A stretch of DNA of 64,000 nt from NCBI GenBank assembly GCA_010015585.1, contig ML975149.1. The stretch is one strand, 5' to 3'. Below are positions 12,002 to 22,029 of this stretch, piece after piece (the first letter of the stretch is position 1; every line of letters starts with the position of its first letter). The DNA comes from Eremomyces bilateralis CBS 781.70 (lineage: Eukaryota). Below the pieces are notes generated by a model. The model searched no databases and had not been told where the DNA came from. It saw only the letters and a program-made list of their open reading frames with translations. A program made the position numbers and the translations under genes.

Positions 12002-13510
12002 GGATTGGATCTCCGTGCACTTCCTGGTGTTGGCTTTCGTATCATGGGCGTCGAATATCTACCTTGTACTTAGCGACCCTCGCATCTTGTCGAACTAGAA
12101 GCGTGCTGTACAATAGTCAAAGGCATCAAGCCTGCGGTTGAATGCTGCGTGTACATTAGAATGAGGAATTGGCATATCAATCAAACCAGCACAACTTTGG
12201 CATGTAACAAGCATTCAAAGGACCAACGTCATCGCTGCCGCCTCCCTCGGTATACTTATTCACTGATACTGCAATGGCATAACACAAACGTGGCTTCAAC
12301 ATCACGACCCAATCAACCACTCAGCAGAATATAAAACTATGCCGATCGAGCCAATAGGATTTACTAATGGTACTGCCACACCACCCAACATCTGGACTCT
12401 TAAGTCTCTTACAAAGCAGCAATGTGACGACTCCCAGCCCCCTGTGATGGACGCACCTGGACACCGAATACGATGCCATCGCGGCGTGTCGGCGGACGTT
12501 GGATGTCCTGGTCCGGTTGCTCCGCCACAAAGAATGCACTCCAAATGCATGTGCAAACTCAATATGTGCTCCTGCTCGAGTGATAATATTTGGAGTTCGG
12601 AATTCGGAATTCAGATTGAGGACCGACCATGGACACAGTCAGCACCGTTTCAACCCCTTTTCCAACCGGGTAATACAGACACAACTCCGAGCCTCAAATG
12701 CCAGCATGGAGACCATTGGCAGCGCGGAATTCATCGATGCATTTCTCATTATTTGGATTATTAAGATGCGGCCCTTGTCATAATAGCGCTCGGCAACGCC
12801 GGCGATCATCAGCTTGGCTTCAGCCCTGCTATCGGTGGTCCAACCATAACACCGACCTCCTGGCCGTACCGCCTGCGAGGATGCAGGTAGTGAGCCTGTG
12901 TGTCACAGAAGGATGCACAGAGATGTTTTAAGATATTGAGGATCTGAGAGGGGGTCTACTCGATAGGGATGAAAATGCAATCCTAGAAATGGAGGTGAAA
13001 TTGCGCTTGCGTGTGACGTTGCGCGTTCATATCGAATTGCGACCCGTTGACGACGCCTCTTGGTGTTTGCCTGGAGTCCTGGACTTAATCGCTGCGTTGG
13101 GCCGGAGATCTCGTATTCTTCCAGTTCAGTGGTGGAATCTCGCCAATCCTGTCTCTAAGTTTAAAGTTACCCTCCCGTTCTCCCATCGTTCTTCTAACTT
13201 GTTCCGCGGCTTTCTAAGCATTTTGGCCCAACGTCGGTACAGTACTGCAGTTTCATCCACCTTGCGCTCTACGCCCACTTCTGCGTCGTGACGACACGCT
13301 TGATTTTAATATTCTGCCTTTCAACCACTGGGAGTCATTTCATAGTGGTTAAATAATCCAGCGGTGCGAATGTAAATACACGATTCCGTTCATCTCGCAG
13401 GAAAGGGTCCAAATCCCCACATCCTGTCCATTCAGCTGCTTGGGTCCGTATCCCATGGTACACCAGGCACCAACACTCCCCCAGACCCTTTCCACCTCCA
13501 AACCAAGGAC

Positions 13511-16500
13511 ATGCTTCCCGTCCACACCATGCCGCCTATTGCCCCCTCCTCCGACGACTTCTTCAACGACGCCTCGCGCCCCCTCCCCAGCGAGATCCCC
13601 AACGACGTGGACGCGCACCCGGACGCCTCGAATGTCCCAAAGACGAAGCGCATCGCGTGCGTGCTGTGTCGGAAGCGGAAGCTGCGCTGCGATGGGACAA
13701 GGCCGGCGTGCGCGACGTGTACGCGGCTGAACCATGAGTGCACGTATGATGAGGTGCGGAAGAAGAGTGGGCCGAAGAGAGGGTATGTGAAGCATTTGGA
13801 GGCGCGGTTGGCGAGGTTAGGTGAGTGAAGATGTTCTTCTAGTTTGGGTGCCATGGCTATGTATGGTTGTGATACGTTGTGTTGTGGTGCCGTGCCCAGT
13901 GGGTTTGTTGGGGAAGTTGGATGAGGGCCAGGATCGCTGACTTGAGATCGGTGGATAGAACAGGCGGAGAATATCGTCAAGGCGAGAGAAGCTGAGCCAC
14001 CTACGAGGATTGTTCCCGATGCGCGGAATACGAGTTACGGTCTCGGGGCCACCGGCTCGGAGGGACTGAACGTCTCGATGGGAGGGACGGAGTCAATATT
14101 GAACGGCACGAGCGCCATCGCTCCAGATGGCTTCGGTCTCAACCCAACGACACCTAATACTACGAACGACAACGAACCGCTGTCCTGGGAGATGATCGGC
14201 CTGGGGTTGGAAGAGCCGCTTCCGAGTCAGGAGATCATTAACGAATTGTAGGTTGCTTTCATAACTGAAGGGGCGCTTGGATGACTGACGTCGTCTAGAC
14301 ATCAGATGTACTTCGAGAAAGTCCACCCGTCGATGCCAATGATCCATCGTCCCCGCTACTTCGCCGCCATGAACCTCGCTCCGAATATGCGACCGCCCAT
14401 CGCCCTCCGCTATATGATCTGGTGCTCCGCGGCCACCATCACCGACCGCTTCGAGTCGCTCCACGAGCACTTTTACTTTCGTGCGCGGAAATACTTGCAG
14501 CTGGATGAGATGAAAGGCCACGGGGAGAACATCATCACCGTGGCGCACTGCCAGGCGTGGATCCTGGTGTCAGCGTATGAGTTCCGGCATATGTATTTTC
14601 CGCGCGCCTGGCTGAGCGTGGGACGTGCGACGCGGTTGGCGCAGATGATGGGGCTGCATCGGTTGGATGGACAGGGGCTGGACGTCAAGCAGTGCATTTC
14701 GCCGCCGAAAGATTGGGTGGAGCGGGAGGAGCGGAGACGGACATTCTGGATGGCATATTGTAATGACCGATATGCTAGTATTGGGACCGGGTGGCCGATG
14801 CAGATCGAGGAGGCGGATGTAAGTCGTGCCCAACTGTCCCATTGTGTCTCCGCTAACAGATGGTAGATCATGAGCAATCTTCCCGGGGCGGACGAGGCGT
14901 ATCACTGCAGTAAACCTGGACTAACCTGCTCACTCGAAGAAGTCTTCGAACCCGGCGGTGCATCCAACCTCTCCTCGTTCGGCGGCATCGTCGTGATGGC
15001 CTGCCTCCTCGGCCGCAATCTCACCCACCTCCACCGCCCTAGCCCCGCCGACGCCGCCGATGACCTCAACGGCGAGTTCTGGACCCGCCATCGCAAGATG
15101 GAATCCCTCCTCTCCACCACCGCCCTCAACCTCCCCGACCACCTCCGCCTGCCTGCCGGCCTCGGCGAACCGAATGTCATCTTCCTGAACATGAACATCC
15201 ACACCAGCGTCATCTGCCTGCACCAGGCCGCCATCTTCAAGGCGGACAAGCACCGCCTATCCTCTAACATCAGCTCCGAGAGCCGCGTGCGCTGCGTCAC
15301 CGCCGCCGCGGAGATCGCCCGCATCATGCGCATGCTGACCCATCTTGATCTTTCTACTGTAAGACCTGAAAATGGTGTGCGGTCCGTTCGACCAAGTTCG
15401 CTGGAACTGACACTCAACAAGACGAACCCGTTCAGCTCCTTCAGCATCTACGTCGCGAGCCGTGTGTTCGTGCAGTATTTGAAGTTCCGCCCCAAGGACC
15501 AGCCCATGGTGGCGAATCTGCAGTTCTTGCTCGAGGCGATGCACGCGCTGAAGAAGCGGAATCCGCTCACCGAGTCGTTCTTGGTCCAGTTGAACGTGGA
15601 TCTCGAGGGCGCGAATATCCCGATCCAGCGACCGACTGTCAATCGCAATGGGTCCAACCCAGTCGTACGTCTCATTTGTTCATATCTGTATTCCAAACTA
15701 ACCCACTCCTCCAGCCCGGCGAAATCCCTACCAACACCGACGCCCTAAAATGCAGCCCGATCTTCGAACTCCGCGAATCCCAATCCGATTCCGCCCCCAT
15801 CAACACCTTCACCCGCCCCACTCCCCTCCCCTCCACCTCCCNNNNNNNNNNNNNNNNNNNNNNNNNNNNNNNNNNNNNNNNNNNNNNNNNNNNNNNNNNN
15901 NNNNNNNCCGCTCCCGCCCCTCCCCCCGCGCCCAACCCGGCCTCCCCCCGGGCACCTTCTCCATCGGCCGCACCCCCTCCATGGGCCACGTCTCCTCCCT
16001 CTCCCCCCCCTCCGACCTCGACATGGGCGTCGGCGCTTCCCCCACCTCCGCCACCGCCGACCCCACTCCCGACGCTGATCGCCCCACCCCGGATTCCACC
16101 GGCCGCGGCAGCGTCTCCGGTGGCTCGGGCGCCGCGCTCACCGGGTCGTCCCACCGCGGCAGCTCGAGCAACACGAGCTTCAGCCCGGGGGACAACACGT
16201 CGGGCGCGTCTTCGAGCAGGACGGGCCCGCTAGGCCTGCATGGGGATTTCGGGTTCGCGGGGTGGAATCTAGGGAACGGCGCCGCGATGGCGCCGGGGGG
16301 CGGGGCAACGATGGGGGTGGGGGCGATGGGGGCGATGGGGGGGCCGGCGACGACGGCGGGGCAGGGCGGGATGGATGCGAGTGCGGGGTATGCGGATTTC
16401 GGGGACTGGAGTATGGGGGGGATGGGGATGGGGATGGGAGCGGGGACGGGGATGACGCCGGGGCCGACGGGGATGACACCGGCGAATGGGGAGTGGGCGA

Positions 16501-16535
16501 TGATGGACGATTTGCATTGGCCGGCGAATGGGTGA
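13511..16535 (+). CDS. Zn(II)2Cys6 transcription factor with fungal TF middle-homology domain
   Basis: ACVLCRKRKLRCDGTRPACATCTRLNHEC; YFEKVHPSMPMIH; EREERRRTFW. About six exons (13511-13820, 13959-14247, 14299-14818, 14867-15358, 15422-15665, ~15715-16535). The last exon spans an N gap and the start codon is uncertain. Confidence 0.9.
15842..15907. other. Assembly gap (66 N) inside a C-rich tract
   Basis: Run of N flanked by poly-C-rich sequence. Confidence 0.99.
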
Positions 16536-17078
16536 GAAGACGGGCGGAGGTCGAGCTGGATGGCTGGAACTGGGATGGGATAGGGTTCTTGGGACGAATG
16601 GACGGGCGTTGGGATGCGATCTAGCAAAAATCTTGATGGCAGTACGCTCCTTCACTCTACTGGGAGGGCTTAATGATCTGAATGGAACTGTATAGTACAC
16701 ATCTGAGATAGGAGTTGGACTCTCCCCTTTTTGTCACGACGTGATGATTGACCTATGGGAACAATAGCACGGCTCTTAGGTAGTCAATTGAATATCATAG
16801 TATTACGGCTGAAAATACGTACATCTTACTATAGAATTCCTTGTATGTACCCCTTATGCTGTGTCCTGTCAGGAGTAAGGGGGTCTCACGGCGATCGATG
16901 ATTGGCCACCCGCGGTTGATGTCATTCGCACTGCCGAGGATCCCTGAATCGGATCACGAAGCTCATGATACTTGCAGACCACTTTCTCAGGGCATTATTA
17001 TAATCCAAACATAACTTCTTGTAATCAATCTTAAGCTGGTGTACCTCAATTAACGATTCTCCTCCCTCGCCATCCACA

Positions 17079-17935
17079 ATGTCCTACCCCGACCCTCCCT
17101 GCCCCTTCTGCACCATCGCCTCCACCTTCCCTGGCCCCTCCTCCCACACCACCTCCTCCCCCAATCCCCCCAAATCATCCCCCCCCATCGCTCCCCTCCT
17201 TGCTGCCGTTCCCACGAACCCCGACCCCTACCAACTGTCCCCGTCCTGCTTCCTCGTGCTCGCCGCGGACGACACGCTGGCGTTCCTGGACATCATGCCG
17301 ATGACGCGCGGGCACCTGCTAGTGACGACGAGGCGGCATGTGGAGAAGATGGGGGGCGCGGAGGGGGAGGAGATGGGGCGATTGGGTGAGTGAGATTTGA
17401 TTTTGTTAGCGACGGCATAGCATTTGGTGGTTTCGGCGGGTTGGACGGGGTTCGCGGGCGGTTTGGCGGTGGCACGGTTCCTATGGTTCCTCGGATCGCT
17501 GGAGTCCGCGGAGTGGGATATCCCAGCTGCACCACCTTCCACTCACCCCAACCACCTCAATCCTCGACATATCCCCCTTACCCCACCATCCCCTTCCTTA
17601 CACGACCAAAGCTAACCCCCCTAGGCTTCTGGCTCCCCCTCCTCTCCCGCGCCGTCGCCCGCGTCACCGGCTGCACCGACTACAACCTCGTCCAAAACAA
17701 CGGCATCTCTGCCGCCCAAGTGGTCCCACACATCCACTTCCACATCATCCCGCGCGGCCCACTGAACGCCCCCTCCTCACATGGCGCGACATGGCGCAGT
17801 TGGACCATGTTCGGGAAGGGCGCGCGCGAGGATCTAGATGAGGAGGAGGCGGAGGCGTTAGCGGGGGAGTTGAGGGGGGCGTTGAGGGAGGAGATTGAGG
17901 GGTTGGGGGTGGGTGGGGGGAAGGGGAGGTTGTAG
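17079..17935 (+). CDS. HIT-family (histidine triad) nucleotide hydrolase
   Basis: Exons 17079-17385 and 17625-17935. [40 protein letters not shown] (HxHxH). Confidence 0.93.
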
Positions 17936-18581
17936 ATGGGTGGAGGAGGAAGGAGGTTGGATTGGGGTTGGATTAGAGTTGGGTCGGTGATATCCTTCAT
18001 ATATGGATTGTGTGGGAGGGATGATGGGGTGGAAGTGGGACGTCTTCATAGTGTGGAGGAGCGAGATACCCTGGCATGCAGATTCACTAGACACAGAATT
18101 GGCAATGGTGGATCGCGGTGTTTATGGGATTTGTAAAAATTTTCAGCTTCATTTTGCTCCGAATGAGAGGCTAGCTAGATGGTGTCATCCGGAAAGCCGT
18201 GTCGATGCTCTCCTGATTTTGAATTACGCGCTCGTGCATGGAGAGCGCATGGAACTCCCCAAAGAAAACACGCCAATGGATGTTCTGCGCCTGTTACGTG
18301 GTAACTTCAGCTCCAGCGTGGTCATGATATCGCCGCGCGGTCTTTTTTCCTGCATATGCTCCAATCAAGCTCCTCGACAAGTGCTCGCGGTCCCTCATAT
18401 CTTCCGCTGCTCAGCGCAGCGACTATATCGCAAAATCGATTCTGGGGGTGTGCCCCAGTACTGGCCGTGTCCAGGACTCTGTATTCATGTGTCGCCGATA
18501 TTTGTCGCGGCACTTTTGGTGTGTAAAAAGCTTCCTCATGTAGAAGTCAAATTGGTATCATCAGGCATGAAATGCATGGCA

Positions 18582-20130
18582 TCATCGTCGTGCTCCAACC
18601 ATTCCTAGGTGGTGGTTCATTCCCCGCTCGCTCATGGCCAATGGGCTGGGAACCGTGGGTGAAAAGTCCTGCAAGGGTGCGATGTCAGCGGGATGGTCCC
18701 GATGAGAGGCGCAAGCCAGGTAGGAGATCGTAGAGAGAGAGATAGAGAGAGAGAGATCACATCCTAGACAGGACCAGAGAAATCTGAAAAGAAATAGAAA
18801 GGCTTCCTCAGTATCTATCTGCTCTATCTCAAGCAGACGTAGATGGAAGCAAGAATATCTTCGGCTTCCCGTACCCAGAAAATGTGGCAGAAGAAATGAA
18901 AAAAGATTAATTCCTCACCTTTCTCCGCTTCTTTTTCGAATAACCGCGGTCATCGTCCCCGGTCGCCTCCTCCCCAAACCCTTCATATCCAACGAAACTC
19001 TCATCCACATAGCTGCGCTTCTTTCCCGATCGGCTAGGTCTCGACATAGGCGAAGGCGCAGCTGACGGACGTGCAGATGAAGGAGCCGATCGAACACCAC
19101 TGACAGTCCCAGCAGGCTTCTTCATGGCAACGGTTGCAGGTTTGTTGCGTATATCGTCCGAGACCAATGCTCTGTAAGTCTCGCTGACGGAATTGGGCAT
19201 GCGTCCCGGTGCCATGCTGAGAGCTCGTGCCATTCTGGCGTTGTTGCGCGGTCGGTCGATCGCTTTGCTGTGAACGTGCGTCGCATACCAGTCTTCATCC
19301 GGATAGCTCATCATTTGCATGAGTTCCCCAGGCGTGTGAACGGCCCGTGACTTCCCCGCCAGTCCCATCTGCTTCACCTTGCCCTCATACGATTTTCGCA
19401 GCTTGTTGATCTTCTCGCCTGTGGTGGGGTCGAACCGTGCCACGGAGGCCGCTAACGGATCGAGTTTGTACAAGGAGATGAGGTTCTGCGAAGGATGCGG
19501 CCGAGATTTGGCGTGTTCTAGACAGTCAACAACAGTGCCTCAAAGAAAAGCGATGGTGTTTCATAGGGGTCATGTTGTGACAATCAAGGGTATGGCTGAA
19601 CCAATCAGCAGAAAGGGACTGGGAGTCTTACGGGTTCTGCAAAGCTTGTAGAAGACGTCATCCGAATCTGCCTCTTGCCGGTCCTCTGCCGCCTTTTTGG
19701 CATCTGCTCGCGACCCAGGCTCCCCTTGCCTATCATGATCCGACCGTCTGTGATCTTCCGTCTCTGACATGATAACGTCGGTATTGTGGATAATAGTGTG
19801 GTCGGGCGACTTCTTTTCCGAAGCGACGGTCGAGATTCTCGAAGAGTCATCGACCATCATCGCATCCAAGTGATCATTCTGGGTGGGCTGAGATGCTGCG
19901 CTCGGAACGTGGCTAATCGGCGTTGAAGCGGTCGGACCGGACGAATCGGTGGCATGAGACGAAGCGTAGGACTGTGAATTCGAAGACATGTGCGGAGGCG
20001 AGGTGGGTGTGTTGGGTTGAAGGGCGGCGATTTTCGAAGGTGAGGAAGCGTCCGGCTTGGCGTGCTGATAGTACGGCGGCGACGCAGGTGAGAACGATCC
20101 GGAGTGCCTCGCGCGCTTGGGAGCGGACAT
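18582..20130 (-). CDS. ROX3: Mediator subunit Med19/Rox3
   Basis: Exons 20130-19632, 19517-18919, 18668-18582. PHPSQNLISLYKLDPLAASVARFDPTTGEKINKLRKSYEGK; basic KKKRRK tail. Confidence 0.88.
18732..18756. repeat. (AG)n microsatellite in the last MED19 intron
   Basis: AGAGAGAGAGATAGAGAGAGAGAGA. Confidence 0.8.
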
Positions 20131-20479
20131 CAGAGCAGTGCCCTATCGGCGAGAGATGGCGGTCTATCGAAACGAAGGTTGCGCGGGTCGGATGGAGAGA
20201 TGGATCGTGGTGACCGGTGGGTTAGAGTAGTGATGGGGGAACTAGGAGTGGATCGCGGTCGGGCTGACCGGCACAGCCTTTTCCAAGTGAATATCGATCC
20301 GTCAAGCAGCGAAGCGCAGCATGGGTCATATATCGACGGTTCGAGAGTCGAGAGTCGGTGGGATATGTGTGATGGGTATCAAGAATGTGTGTAAGAGAGA
20401 GGAAGGGAGGAGGCGTCGGAGGGAGAAGTGGGTGAAGGTGAAGAGGAACAATGAGGTGAAACAGTGAAACTGATTGTGG

Positions 20480-20563
20480 TCATGTGATTGGTCATGTGAC
20501 GAGTGACATATCATTACTGTCATGTGATCTATGTATCCTCATCATGTGACCATTATCATGTGA
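20480..20563. promoter_or_regulatory. Cluster of five TCATGTGA E-box motifs in the MED19/RAD10 divergent promoter
   Basis: Exact TCATGTGA at 20480, 20492, 20520, 20542 and 20556, with different spacers. Confidence 0.6.
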
Positions 20564-20790
20564 CCAGCGCCTCTAACCTCCCCCCAAACATCACTACAGA
20601 CTATCACGTCCTTAATGAGCCGTTGATCCAATCCATACTCCCTACGGCCTATACACCATCCTACACTGCCACTGTGGGAGGAGTTAATGTCTCAACCCTC
20701 AGACCACAATGAACTCTTGCAGCCCAATCTCAAGGCCGCAGGAAGGTGACGAGCTATATCTCCATCAACCTTGAAGCCCTCAACTCCATC

Positions 20791-21783
20791 ATGGCTTCAT
20801 CAGAATCCAGACCCAAGATCCAACAGCCTACACCGCAGGCCCTCCCCACCCGGCCCGGCCCAACCGCGATCCTCGTCTCCCCCCGTCAAAAAGGTAACCC
20901 CATCCTCAAACACATCACCGCCCTCCCATGGGAATACTCTGACGACATCCCCGCCGACTTCGTCCTCGGGCAGACCACCTGCGCGCTCTTCCTCTCCCTC
21001 AAATACCACCGCCTGCACCCGGAGTACATCTACGGCCGCATCCGTGAGCTTGCGGGGAAATACAACCTGCGCCTCGTGCTCACCATGGTGGACGTCGACA
21101 ACCACGAAGCCGCGCTCAAGGCGCTCTCGAAAACCAGCCTTGTCAACAACGTCACCATCGTTCTGTGCTGGAGTGCCCAGGAGGCCGGCCACTACGTCGA
21201 GCTGTACAAGATGTACGAGCACGCGCAGCCCACGAGCATCAAGGCGCATCAGGCGACCGGGTATTCGGATCGGTTGATCGAGTTCATCACCGTGCCGCGG
21301 AGCGTCAACAAGACGGATGCGGTGGGGTTGATCTCCAATTTCGGGAGTCTGCGGACCGCGGTGAATGCGAGGCCGGAGGAGGTGGCGTTGATTGCTGGGT
21401 GGGGCGAGAAGAAGGTGCAGCGGTGGTGTAATTCCGTGCGGGAGCCGTTTCGGTTGAAGCAGGCGGCCAAGCGAGGGTTGGTCCGGGAAGATGGCGGTGC
21501 GAGCGCGCCGGTAGGACGGCGGACAGGGGGTCCGGGGACGTTTGGGATTGAGGAGACGGAGAACCTGCCGAGCAATGCGATTGATGTAGACACTGTTGGG
21601 CTTGAGTCGGAGGAGGCGGCTTTAAGGGAAGTTGAGGCGCAAAGGAAACGTTTAGAGGCGGAGAGGAATGCCGAGAGCTCTCGCGTTGAGAATGAAAGGG
21701 TAAAGGCGGCAAAGAAACGACCGGCTGAGGAGCAACTGGACGACGGTGTCATGGCTGCATTAGCAAAGCTTCGCAATCAATGA
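20791..21783 (+). CDS. RAD10: DNA repair endonuclease subunit ERCC1/Rad10/Swi10
   Basis: ILVSPRQKGNPIL, CALFLSLKYHRLHPEYIY, and C-terminal HhH motifs (SVNKTDA...FGSL, GWGEKK). Intronless. Confidence 0.94.
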   Translation: MASSESRPKIQQPTPQALPTRPGPTAILVSPRQKGNPILKHITALPWEYSDDIPADFVLGQTTCALFLSLKYHRLHPEYIYGRIRELAGKYNLRLVLTMVDVDNHEAALKALSKTSLVNNVTIVLCWSAQEAGHYVELYKMYEHAQPTSIKAHQATGYSDRLIEFITVPRSVNKTDAVGLISNFGSLRTAVNARPEEVALIAGWGEKKVQRWCNSVREPFRLKQAAKRGLVREDGGASAPVGRRTGGPGTFGIEETENLPSNAIDVDTVGLESEEAALREVEAQRKRLEAERNAESSRVENERVKAAKKRPAEEQLDDGVMAALAKLRNQ

Positions 21784-22029
21784 ATTGCATTTTTACGAGA
21801 AGTGAGTATTCGTGAAACTAGTGTACATGAAAATCATTCGAATCTCAGCTTTTTGTCCATATTCGCAGCACCCTTCATGATCGTCGCAGGAGTATCCCTA
21901 CTCGAGAACTCTCGCGACCCCCTCCGACCCACCTCAGTACTCCAGGGCTGGGTCCGTCAACGTATGCGGATTTCTAGACGACGAGGGGCTGAAGAATAAT
22001 GGGTGAACGGCAGAGCACAGCGCAGCATT

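Noticed and set aside
12149..13300. Several short, partly Cys-rich ORFs between RML2 and the Zn2Cys6 gene
   Set aside because: No consistent motif, codon bias or splice structure; probably promoter or UTR.
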